The notes beneath the pieces are model-generated. The model saw only the letters and a list, made by a program, of their open reading frames with translations. It ran no database searches and had not been told where the DNA came from. A program made the translations under genes and the position numbers. From the NCBI GenBank assembly GCA_963841435.1, contig CAWJCS010000002.1, positions 96,001-160,000 on the forward strand: a DNA stretch of 64,000 nucleotides, in the 5' to 3' direction. Origin of the DNA: an uncultured delta proteobacterium (GTDB lineage: Bacteria; Myxococcota_A; Polyangia; Polyangiales; Polyangiaceae). Shown here piece by piece: positions 52,862 through 62,263 of this stretch; within the stretch, counting starts at the first letter, position 1, and the number at the start of each line of letters is the position of its first letter.

Positions 52862-53649
52862 GGTCGCAGCTCCTTTTTGCCGGGCCCTTCGCTCTCGGTT
52901 GCGGCAGCCGGTGCCCGGGCCGGGCGCTGCCCTCTGCCGCTCGCCGAGCTCGACGGCGCGCCGGGCGGGCGCGGTCTAGCGGAGCTCGCTGTCGAGCCGC
53001 TCGCGCTCGGGGGCGGGTTCGATACAGAGCTCGATTCCGCGGGCTTCGTGAAGGGATGCGCATAGCCGTGGCAGCCGGCGCTGGCGCAGCTCACCTGATT
53101 CGAGGCGAGCGCTGCCTTGAGCGATTCGTGCTCGGGGACCCGCCGCCAGTCGCTGAGCGTCGTGGTGTGGCAGTGCCGACAATTCCCGTTGTCGTACGGC
53201 TTGATGAGGTGGATTTCACGCTTTGCCTGCTCGAGTGGCATCGAGCGATAACCCCCTAGATAGTAGAGATAAACATGCCGGAGGCCGCCGAGCTTGGTGA
53301 GGGCGTAGCCGAACATGCCGTAATCGGCGTGGCACACGTAGCAGCTTCGCTCGCCGAAAAAGGCGTTTCGCGAGTGGCGGGCCGCGAGCGATTGAGAGCC
53401 CAGGTTGGCTGCGTCCGTGGCGTGGGCCCCCATGACATGGCACGAGCCGCAAAACGCGCGATCGGTCGTGTGCTCGATGCCCGTGACGGTCGAGCTCGCC
53501 GCCGAGATAGCGGGCAACACGCCCAATCCGAGCAGGAGCACGAGCTTGTAGCGCAGGTCGAGCGCAGGTTGCTTGACGAGATGGAAGACCAAGATCACCG
53601 CTGCGAGGAGCGCGGCGCCCACCGCCACGACGCTGAGGGCAAGGTCCAC
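52858..53649 (-). CDS. NapC/NirT (NrfH/CymA-like) membrane-anchored tetraheme cytochrome c
   Basis: Two N-terminal TM helices; TTDRAFCGSCHVM, CYVCH, K..GLRHVY, CRHCH, CASAGCHGYAH. Confidence 0.88.
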   Translation of the reverse strand: MDLALSVVAVGAALLAAVILVFHLVKQPALDLRYKLVLLLGLGVLPAISAASSTVTGIEHTTDRAFCGSCHVMGAHATDAANLGSQSLAARHSRNAFFGERSCYVCHADYGMFGYALTKLGGLRHVYLYYLGGYRSMPLEQAKREIHLIKPYDNGNCRHCHTTTLSDWRRVPEHESLKAALASNQVSCASAGCHGYAHPFTKPAESSSVSNPPPSASGSTASSARPRPPGAPSSSASGRGQRPARAPAAATESEGPGKKELRP

Positions 53650-53776
53650 GGCGGGTAGGGTTACCTGGAACGGGACGCGCCAACAAGGGGAGCGAGTCCT
53701 CCTTCCGATTTTGCCGTGGACGAAACGACAGCGAAGCGTGCTCGCGCACCTTCTGCGCGAGTATGATGCGTCCGCC

Positions 53777-55545
53777 GTGGATCAGACCCAGCGTCAACTC
53801 CCGACGATCGTGCTCGTTCTCGCGCTGTGTCTCGCGGCGGTGTTCGCGTGCGCGGACGGCCCCCCTTCCGAGGGCAACGTGGCGCTTGGCCGTGGTGTCT
53901 ACGTCCCCGCAAAATGGCAAACGCTGCGCGAGCTCAGCGGGCACCGCGTTCACGTTCAAGAGCGCCGCATCGCCTGCACGAAGTGCCACACGTTCAGCGA
54001 CAGCGACGTGGGCCCGGTGACGCCGGCGCGCTGCGCGGCCTGCCACGAGGACGAAGCGCGCATCGAGCACGCCACGGCGCAGGCCGCCGCGAAGTTCGGC
54101 CCCGGCACGACGGCGGACTGTCGAAGTTGCCACGCGTTCACTCTCGACGGCACGGGGCACCCGCCGCCCGACGCCGGCGACGTGCTCGGCTTCGAGCCGA
54201 GCGACTGCACGCGCTGCCACCAGTCGGCACAGGGAGACCTCCCGGCAGTGACCGTCCATGGCTCGACGACGTGCACGAGCTGCCACCACGTGCACGAGAG
54301 CACGAAGCCGGCGCCCGCGTCCTGCGAAGAGTGCCACGCCGATATCACGACGGCCCATGGCGGCCCGTCGCAGGGCGTCGTCGAACGTTGCACCACCTGT
54401 CACCAGCACCAGCACGCCGAGGCCAAGGACGCCGTGGGCAGCTGCACGGACTGCCACGCCACCCACGAGCCCAAGGTGCCACAGACCGCTCTCTTCGCCG
54501 ACGGGCACGCCGAGTGCACCGCCTGCCACCGGCCCCACGCGTTCGGCAAGAGCGAGACCGTCGCGTGCCGCACGTGCCACGAGGACGTTCATGTGCTCGC
54601 TTCGACGAAGGTCGCTGCGCATCAAGCCTGCACGAGCTGCCATGCGCCGCACGACGTGCGCGGCGCGCCGCAGCAGGCCTGCGTGCGCTGCCACTCGAGC
54701 GTCCACCCCGACCACCCCGTGAAGGGCGCCGCCGGCACCTGCGTCGGATGCCACGACCCGCATCCGACCATGGGGGCGCGCGCGCCGCTCGCGAAACCCT
54801 GCGCCTCCTGTCACCCGAACGCGCTCGCCGATCACGGCTTTCACTCCGAGATCGCTTGCCAGCACTGTCACGAGCCGCATCACTTCGCGCTCGATGGGGC
54901 CGATCGCACACCGTGCGCGGGATGCCATCAGGGCGAGGTCGCCCACGCGACGGCCCTCGCGGGCCACGCGAGCTGCGAGGGTTGCCACCGCGGGCTCCCG
55001 CACCGCCCGTCGTCGCTCAAGGTCGGCTGCGAGTCGTGCCACGCCGGGATCGTCCACGCCGCGCGCGAGGGTCACGAGAAATGCCTCGGCTGCCACGAGC
55101 CACACGGCGGAGCTCTTCAGACGCCGTGCGGGCAATGTCACAAGGCGGAGCTCGCGAGCGCGCCGCGCGGGCACCAGACCTGCACGGGCTGCCACGATCC
55201 GCACACCGGGTCCCCGGCCGCAAAGCCCTGCGAGACCTGCCACGAAAAGGAAGCGGCGTCGGCCCACGGATTGATTCGGAGGGGGCTGCCTCGGGTGCCA
55301 CCGCCCGCACGGCCCCGGGGGTCTCGCTCAGCCCAAGGCGTGCACGAGCTGCCACGACGTTCGGAACCCTGCCCGGCCTTCACCGCGAGGTGAAGCACCA
55401 GGCGTGCAATCGCTGTCACACGGGGCACGGCGCCGCTGACGCCGCACCTCGCGCCGTGTGTGTCGCCTGCCACACTGATCGCGCTCGCCACTTCCCCGAC
55501 GCCGAGCGCTGCACGGGTTGCCACATCTTCAACCAGCACCGCTAG
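53777..55545 (+). CDS. Very high-heme c-type cytochrome lipoprotein (27 CxxCH after repairing two +1 frameshifts at ~55276-55285 and ~55360)
   Basis: Lipobox AVFAC; 22 CxxCH in the first frame, CLGCH and CTSCH in the middle frame, CNRCH, CVACH and CTGCH in the last frame. Confidence 0.88.
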
Positions 55546-55560
55546 CGCGAGCGGTAGGCG

Positions 55561-57258
55561 TTAGTTCGGCAGCTCGAACGTGACCTGGCCGTTAACGTGC
55601 AGATCGGGCCGGACGAACGTGACGTTGTCCTTGTCGAGGTCCTTGTGGCACGCGCTGCAGTCGGGTGATTGGTTGACGTAGGGATGCGGCCGGGGCGGCG
55701 GCAGGCCGTGGCAGGTGCCGCACTTCGCCTCGCTGCCGTTGACGCGCGTCCAGCTCGGAGTCGTGTGAGACCCGCCGGATCCGTACGCCGACGGGAACAC
55801 GGCGCCATGGCACGCGGACTCGACGCACCGGCCGTTCTCGTAGCGTGGTGTCGCGCCGAACGAAAGCGCGGCGCCCGAGAAGACGACCTCGGCCGGCAGG
55901 TCCGAATCGAGGTGCCCCTTTGCGAGCACGTCGGCGGGTACTTCGTGGCACTCGGCGCAAGGCACGGGGCGCGCGCGGCCGTTTTCCACGAGGTGCGCCT
56001 GATGGGCGCCGACGGCCGCTTGGGACGTGAGCGTCTCGCCGAGCACGCCCAGCGGTGGCGCAGCGTTCTTCTTGCCCCCGTGGCACGCGCTGCAATCGTC
56101 CGTGACCACGACATCGACGATGCCGTTGACGTGACGCGCTCGATCGACGATGTGCATCGAGTCGTTGACGACGTTGGCGTGACAGTTTTCGCACCGCGCG
56201 CTCCGCGGGTGCGGGGGCGGGGGCGGCGCACCGTGGCAGCTCGTGCAGGAAAGCTCGGTCGCTTCCGTCCAGAGCGGTGACGTGCCGTGGCGTTCGCCGG
56301 GGCCGTGGCAGTACGTGTCGCTGCAGGTCGCGAGCTCGTGGTCCCAGCGCGGCGCATGGTCGCGCGTCGCGGCCACTCCCGTCAGCGTGACCTCGGCAGG
56401 CGGCTCGTCGATGTGCGTTTCGTCCTCGACGCGCTCGGGCACGCGGTGACATTCGGTGCACTCGAGCGGGCGCCCCGCGCGGCCGCCGCCGAGGTGCGCC
56501 GCGTGCGCCCCCACGCCCAGGGACGAGACCTCCATGTGTCCCAACGTGTCGAGCGGCGGCGCCGGGTTCTCGCCTTCGCCGTGGCAGAGCGTGCACGTGT
56601 CGGCGCCCGCGCGATACTCGACCGTGCCGTTCACGTGCAGCTCGGGCGCGATGATGCGCTGATTTTCGTCGACCACGTCAGCGTGGCACACCGAGCAGCG
56701 CGTCGACGCTGGGTGCGGCGCCGGCGGCGGCAGCGCGTGGCAAGTTCCGCACGCCTCGCCGCTCGACCTCGGCAGTGACCACACGGCGCGAGCACCGCGA
56801 TGGCAGTAGCTGTCCCTGCAGGTCTGACCCGCCGCGTCGTAGCTCGGGTGGTGGTGGTCCGTGCGCGCGAGCGGGCCGAACACGAGCTCGGCGGGGCGTG
56901 CGCTGTCGGCGTGTCCCGGCGAATCCACGCGCTCGGGCACGACGTGACATTCCGTGCACGCGAACGCCGGGTGCGTCGCCGACCCCTCGAGGTGAATCGA
57001 GTGGGCACCGACCCCCGGGTAGCTCGGGTCCGTGGCGCCCGAGAGGTCGGCGGGCGGGGCCGAGCGCGCGAGAAAATCCCCCGGCCGCGCGGGATCGCCG
57101 TGACAGCCCGTGCAGCGCTCCTCGCGCGCAGGCTCCGGCCGCTCGCGCGACTCGAGACAGCTCGGCAAAAGCGCGGCGAGCGCGCCCGCCGCCATGAAGA
57201 GCGCGAGCGTCGCGCTCGCGAGGCGCCGCCGACGGGAAGAGCGCTCTACGTCAGCCAT
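55561..57258 (-). CDS. CxxxxCH/CxxCH-domain multiheme cytochrome lipoprotein (15 heme motifs, three repeated modules)
   Basis: Signal ending LLPSC; 12 CxxCH and 3 Cx4CH (CRDSYCH, CSDTYCH, CVESACH); repeated GAH..H and HVNG motifs. Confidence 0.88.
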   Translation of the reverse strand: MADVERSSRRRRLASATLALFMAAGALAALLPSCLESRERPEPAREERCTGCHGDPARPGDFLARSAPPADLSGATDPSYPGVGAHSIHLEGSATHPAFACTECHVVPERVDSPGHADSARPAELVFGPLARTDHHHPSYDAAGQTCRDSYCHRGARAVWSLPRSSGEACGTCHALPPPAPHPASTRCSVCHADVVDENQRIIAPELHVNGTVEYRAGADTCTLCHGEGENPAPPLDTLGHMEVSSLGVGAHAAHLGGGRAGRPLECTECHRVPERVEDETHIDEPPAEVTLTGVAATRDHAPRWDHELATCSDTYCHGPGERHGTSPLWTEATELSCTSCHGAPPPPPHPRSARCENCHANVVNDSMHIVDRARHVNGIVDVVVTDDCSACHGGKKNAAPPLGVLGETLTSQAAVGAHQAHLVENGRARPVPCAECHEVPADVLAKGHLDSDLPAEVVFSGAALSFGATPRYENGRCVESACHGAVFPSAYGSGGSHTTPSWTRVNGSEAKCGTCHGLPPPRPHPYVNQSPDCSACHKDLDKDNVTFVRPDLHVNGQVTFELPN

Positions 57259-58306
57259 GGCAATACCGGCACATGCCGTCGAACACGCCGCGGCTCGTGC
57301 GGAACGTGCCGGGCGGGTGGGGGTTGCCGCCGTAGCCGCCAACCTTGTGGCAACGGATGCAGTTGGTCGCAGGGCCCTGATCGTGACAGCCGGCGCAGGC
57401 GAGGATGTCGCGCCGTGCCTCGATGCCGTGCTGGCTGTGCAGGCGCGTGTCGTTGCCCACCCAGCCCGGCGGGTGGGGGCTCCGTCCCATGAGCAGCCCG
57501 GCGCTCACGCCGCGCGCGGCGTGGCAGCCGTCGCAGCTCGAGACCTCGTGGCACGCGAGGCAGCGCGTTGGTGACGCCGAGGCCTCGAGCGCGTGGCGCG
57601 TGAGAAAATCCGCACGGTGCACGAAATGCCGTTCGAGCTCATCCGGGTGGCGGAGCTCGACGCGCATCACCTGAGACGTGTCGTGACAATCGTCGCAGTC
57701 GGACTGGCCGTGGCAGGCCTGGCAAAGCTTCCCCTCGTGCGGCACGTACTCGCCGTGCCGCCGCGCGAAATCGCCGTCGTGGCGCAGGAAGGTCGCCGGC
57801 ATGAGCTTTACGAGGTCTTCCTGCTCGTGGCACGGCACGCAGGTTCCGGCATTCCATTCGTCTCGATGCTGGTGGCAGCCGAGGCAAGTGCTCATGGGCG
57901 GCAGGAGCGGCTTTTCATCCTCGACGACGCCCGCGTGGCACGGCACGCACTGCCCCCTGAGCTCGGGCATCGCCAGGTGCTTCGAGTGGTCGAAAGTGAT
58001 GCTGCCGTACGGTTGCGCCGGCAGGACGGCGAGCACGCGTTCGACGTCTCCCTCGTCGTCATGGTGGCAACGGTCGCACTGGGTCTTGGAGGGCAGGTGG
58101 TGCGCCCGGTCAACGGCGCTCGCGGTGTGGCAGCTGTTGCAGTTCAGGCACGAGGGCTGCCCGGGCTTGCCACACGCGACCTCCGCGAGGTGCGTGCGGT
58201 GCGGGAAGCGCGCGGGGCGCGGGTCGCTGCAGGCGGCGAGCACGGCGGCGCCGAGCACGACCACGAGCAAGAGCAAAACGAGCGGTTCCAGACGCCGCGA
58301 GCTCAC
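57251..58306 (-). CDS. Dodecaheme cytochrome c3/c7-like lipoprotein
   Basis: GTG at 58306 after a purine-rich tract; VSSRRLEPLVLLLLVVVLGAAVLAAC lipobox; FPH..H and FDHSKH; 12 CxxCH motifs. Confidence 0.85.
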   Translation of the reverse strand: MSSRRLEPLVLLLLVVVLGAAVLAACSDPRPARFPHRTHLAEVACGKPGQPSCLNCNSCHTASAVDRAHHLPSKTQCDRCHHDDEGDVERVLAVLPAQPYGSITFDHSKHLAMPELRGQCVPCHAGVVEDEKPLLPPMSTCLGCHQHRDEWNAGTCVPCHEQEDLVKLMPATFLRHDGDFARRHGEYVPHEGKLCQACHGQSDCDDCHDTSQVMRVELRHPDELERHFVHRADFLTRHALEASASPTRCLACHEVSSCDGCHAARGVSAGLLMGRSPHPPGWVGNDTRLHSQHGIEARRDILACAGCHDQGPATNCIRCHKVGGYGGNPHPPGTFRTSRGVFDGMCRYCHG

Positions 58307-59719
58307 CGCGCCCCCCTTCTCGTGACGTTCGAAGGCATAGCCGAGTCTGAGCTCGGCCTGCGCCTCGAGCGAGGCGTACGGCGTGTGCGAAAGCGATGCT
58401 CCCGCCATGACGTCGAGCCCCACGTCGAACTCTCGCCGTAGGGTCGCGGCGAAGACGCTCGACGAGCGGTAATCGGCGATCGCGCGGTCGTAGTAGTACT
58501 CGTAGAGATCGAGCGTGCCGGTCACGGCGCGCACGAGCCGGCTCGATAGCGAGCTACGAACGGCTTGGTAGCCATTGTCGGGTGCGAGCAACCGCTCGTA
58601 GGAGACGAGCGCGAACGCGTGATGGGCGCGTGAGAGCGTGAAGCGCGCGGTCCCGCGCGCGCGCGCGCCGGGGCCGCCCTCGGAGTAGACCTCGACGCCC
58701 GCCTCGCCGTCGAGCACGACGGGCCAGGGCGTACGGATCGTCGCGACGACGAGCGCCTCCTCGAAGCTCGTCGTGTTGAACACCGACAGCACCGACTGTC
58801 GCGACAGGAGCAGCGAGGGCTCACTGTGGGAAAGCTCGACGCTCGCGTCGAGTGCCGGCACGGGTGTCGTGCCGACCGAGACGCGCAGGTCCGCGACGCG
58901 TCGCGAATCGAGATCGACGAGCGCGACGCCCCGCACCTCGGTCGCGTCCTCGAGCGCCGCGCGGCCGTCGAGCGCGAGGTTTCGGTGGGCAAGACCGCCG
59001 GTTTCGTGCGCTTCGTGGAAGGAAAGACCGACGGCGGCGTCGTCCGACGCAAAGCCGAGGCGGCCGCCGAACAGAAAGTGATCGAGTCGCGTGAGGTCGG
59101 CGTACGCGTCGGGGCTCCTCATGACCTCGCTCGAGACGGCCCCGAGGTAGCGATACGACGGGCGCTGGTCCCAGCGCGGTAGAACGGAGAGCCCGAAGTA
59201 GGCGCGGGCGTCGAGGCCCTTTCCGAGCTCGAGCTCACCGAGCGCGCCGTCGAAACGCGCGAAGCGCGCGGCGCCCCCCGCGACCATCTGCCGGCCGACC
59301 TTGACGCTCACGGGCCCGCGATGGATGCGTACGTTGGCGGCCTGCACGTCGCCGTCGAGACGGCGCTCCCCGTCGAGGGTCCCGGGCACCAGCTGGCCGT
59401 ACGCCGAGAGCTCGAGGTCGAGAGTGTCGCTGCCGAGCGCCGTATCGAGATCGACGACCCTGAGCGCCACGTACTCCGAGAGCGGCAACAGTGTGTTTTC
59501 CTCGACGAGCGCGCCCTCGCTACCCGGCAAGAGCGCGCGGCGAAACAGCGTCGCGTGAGTTTCGGCGTGAGCGCTGAGCACGTAGCGATCGATCGACGCG
59601 TCTGCTGCGGGCGTGTCTCGGCCTTGCGCGCGCGCGGCGAGCGGCCAGCCGAGGCTGAGCGAGACGAGCAGCATCCACCTGCCGCGCATGCCAGCTAAGG
59701 CCCATAGCTCGGGTCGCAT
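58303..59719 (-). CDS. Putative outer-membrane beta-barrel (porin of a porin-cytochrome conduit); fused in frame to the dodecaheme in the raw sequence
   Basis: Signal peptide (PLAARAQ), alternating amphipathic strands, KVGRQ...RFDG motif, terminal strand LRLGYAF. Removing one base at ~58328 gives a TGA overlapping the cytochrome GTG. Confidence 0.75.
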
Positions 59720-59842
59720 TGCGACCCCAAGTCCCCCAGCGTTCGCTTCTGCTTCGCGCGCTCGCCGGCACCGAAGACGCGCAACATTTGCGCAATTCGG
59801 TCGTGAGGCCCGGCGTCCAAAGTCGCCAGGGAACAGTCGCGT

Positions 59843-60322
59843 TCAGCTGGCGGTGTCGAGCTCCTTCACGAGCTCTCCCCAGGTTTCACCGTCGTCGATG
59901 CCGAGCTCGCGCGCGATCTCGGCGAGCGCGGCTTGCTCCTCCTTCGTGGCGCTCGTCGGAACGTCCATCGCCTTTGCCGTGGTGCGGGCGATCGCCTCGG
60001 CATGCGCGAGCAGTCCCTGGAGCTCTTCGACGTCGAACTCCCATTCATCGGGTGCGTAGGAGAGCGTGACGATGTCGTGCAGGCCCTCGAGGATGTAGGC
60101 CTTGTCCGGGCGACGCGTGAGCCACCCACGGAGGATTTTCTCGCCGTCCTCGCCGATCTGGAAGTGGTTGTGCGCGAGGTCGATCAGACGGCGCTCGCGT
60201 TCTTTGGTCAGCTTGCCCGACGCCCAGGCGACGTAGACCAGCGGTAGGAGCTTCAGCACCTTGTAGTTCGACGAGCGAATGCCGAGGTGCTTGAGCGTCT
60301 TTTGCATACGATCGAGCTGCAT
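59843..60322 (-). CDS. Hypothetical helical protein (possibly TerB-like)
   Basis: LLPLVYVAWASGKLTKERERRL and SATKEEQAALAEIARELG resemble the two TerB-type helical hairpins. Confidence 0.55.
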   Translation of the reverse strand: MQLDRMQKTLKHLGIRSSNYKVLKLLPLVYVAWASGKLTKERERRLIDLAHNHFQIGEDGEKILRGWLTRRPDKAYILEGLHDIVTLSYAPDEWEFDVEELQGLLAHAEAIARTTAKAMDVPTSATKEEQAALAEIARELGIDDGETWGELVKELDTAS

Positions 60323-60474
60323 GCTCGGCGTGAAGCAACTTGCGTGCTCGCGCGCAATCCGCGCCGGTGGCGCCCGGAGAAGGCTCTCGCAGCCGCCCAG
60401 CGCGCGCAATTTGCGTCCGCAGTCGGAAGGCTCGGTAAATTTTGCGTGCCGCGGCGAGCCGCGCGTCACGGTCG

Positions 60475-61791
60475 TCAGTGACGCTCGAGCTTGGCGATCG
60501 CGTCGGTGAGCTGGCTGTCGTTGCGCATGCAGGGGTAGCAGTGCTCGAGATCGTTCGGCGCGCAGAGCGTCTTCTGGTCGAGCTCGTGCAGGTACGAAAG
60601 GACGTACTTGCCGCCGGCCTGAGTGGCGAACTCGAGGAGCCCGCGCTTGTCCTCGCAGGACTTCGCGTTGCGGAGCTTGACGGCCGCGTACACGGGCAGC
60701 GCTGCGGTGCGCTCGAAATCCTTGCCGTCGAGCCACCGCTCGGCGCGCTTTCGCACCCCGTCACGCACGTCGTCGTTGACGCTGAGCTCGTACATCAGCG
60801 CCGCACCGGGCTCGCCCATCGGGCCCGTGAGCAACGTGTAGCTATCCGATGCGGCACGGCGGTCCGTCAACGCCGCCGTCGTCATCAACAGGCGCCCAAC
60901 GTGCTCGTCCTTCTTGAGCTCCGGGTAGCGCGTGATCAAACGCTCCACGAGTAGCGGCACGTCGGCATCGCGGCGCTGGGTCAAGAGCGAGTCGGCGAGG
61001 TGAAGGAGCATGGCGGCCTCGTCGCCTGGCTTCTCCACGGGCTTCGCGCTGGCGGCGGGCCTGTCCTCGGTCGCTTGCGGCGGTGCGGGGGCCTCGGTCG
61101 TGGCCGCGGCGCTCTCGTCCTTCTCCACGGCCTCGCGCTCGTTGGCCGTTTGGGCGCCGTCAGACTTCGCGATGGCTCCGACGAGCGCCTTCGTGCCGAC
61201 ACCCAGCCCGACGAGCACGAGCGCGGCGAGGAGCGCGCTCGCTCCGAGCAGCGCGGCGCCCGGCACGCGCTCGAGCCGCGAGCGGAGCACCGGTGGCAAG
61301 TGATCGCGCGCGGCGTCGCCGACACGGGTCAGGCCGGCGAGCGTGGTCGAGAGCGCACGACCATCGCTCGACGATGCGACGCCGGATGGGTTGCGCCCGA
61401 GCGGCGGAATGGTGGGCGGTGGCGCGCTCGACCTCGGCGGCGGGATGGTGCTGGTGCTCGTGGGCGGCGGCGGCGGGGGCATGCTGCTGGAGCGCGCGAC
61501 GGCGGCCGGTGGCGGCTCGAGCGGTGGAACGACGGGCATCTGTCCCTGGCGGCGCGGCGCCGGCGGCGGGATGTCGGGCATGCCGAGTCCCATTTCGGTC
61601 TTGTGGCGTCGCGGCGGCGGCGGCGGGGAGCTCGTCGTCGGTGTGTCATCGAAGGTCGGGACGGGCCCGACGTCGAACGAAGGCAACGCGTCTGCAGCGC
61701 CGCTGCCCTTCGCCGCTGGACGAGGGGACACGCGAGCCCTGGCGTCGGCGCTACCCGGTGGAGGCGGCGGTGTGCTCGACGTAGCTCCCAT
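60475..61791 (-). CDS. Hypothetical Pro-rich single-pass membrane protein
   Basis: Long Pro/Ser N-terminus, TM helix, C-terminal helical domain ending in a Cys cluster (C...CAPNDLEHCYPCMR). Confidence 0.7.
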   Translation of the reverse strand: MGATSSTPPPPPGSADARARVSPRPAAKGSGAADALPSFDVGPVPTFDDTPTTSSPPPPPRRHKTEMGLGMPDIPPPAPRRQGQMPVVPPLEPPPAAVARSSSMPPPPPPTSTSTIPPPRSSAPPPTIPPLGRNPSGVASSSDGRALSTTLAGLTRVGDAARDHLPPVLRSRLERVPGAALLGASALLAALVLVGLGVGTKALVGAIAKSDGAQTANEREAVEKDESAAATTEAPAPPQATEDRPAASAKPVEKPGDEAAMLLHLADSLLTQRRDADVPLLVERLITRYPELKKDEHVGRLLMTTAALTDRRAASDSYTLLTGPMGEPGAALMYELSVNDDVRDGVRKRAERWLDGKDFERTAALPVYAAVKLRNAKSCEDKRGLLEFATQAGGKYVLSYLHELDQKTLCAPNDLEHCYPCMRNDSQLTDAIAKLERH

Positions 61792-62223
61792 GACAACGTT
61801 AGTCTACGTGGTTAGTTGGCCTCTGTCTTCCATAACGACGAGATCGTCTTGAGTTGCTCGAATCACGTCGCCTGATTTGCGATCCCGAATGCAACGGTGG
61901 GACTTTTCTCATCTGCTTCGAGCTCGCCCACGAATGCTCCAAGACGCGGGCGTGCTGGCGTGCCACTCCGTGCCGCGCGCGCTCTCGTGTCCGACGTCCG
62001 GAGAACATTGCACGGTGAGCAGATATCGAGTGATCGGCGCCGCGGCAGACCGCGCATGAATGCAACATCGAGTGCCCGCTCGAGTGCCGATGCGCTGTCG
62101 GTGAGCTTCTGCCGACGCGACGAGTCGTCGCGAGCGAGGAGCCCCTTTCGCCGAAACGAGGTCGCGCGGTCAACCCGTCGAGCACGCGCTCGCGTGCCGA
62201 ATGCCACGGGCCACGCTGCCCCC

Positions 62224-62256
62224 TTGACAAATCTGTAGTCGGCTACAATATTGTAG
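62224..62256 (+). promoter_or_regulatory. Sigma70-type promoter overlapped by palindromic operator(s) upstream of TetR
   Basis: TTGACA at 62224-62229; TGTAG-tcgg-CTACA at 62234-62247; perfect palindrome CTACAATATTGTAG at 62243-62256; AT-rich island. Confidence 0.7.
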
Positions 62257-62263
62257 TACGTTC

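Noticed and set aside
61800-62220. Possible ncRNA or small ORF in the ~420-nt divergent intergenic region
   Set aside because: No recognisable RNA family, stable long hairpin or convincingly coding ORF by eye; an Infernal/Rfam search would be needed.
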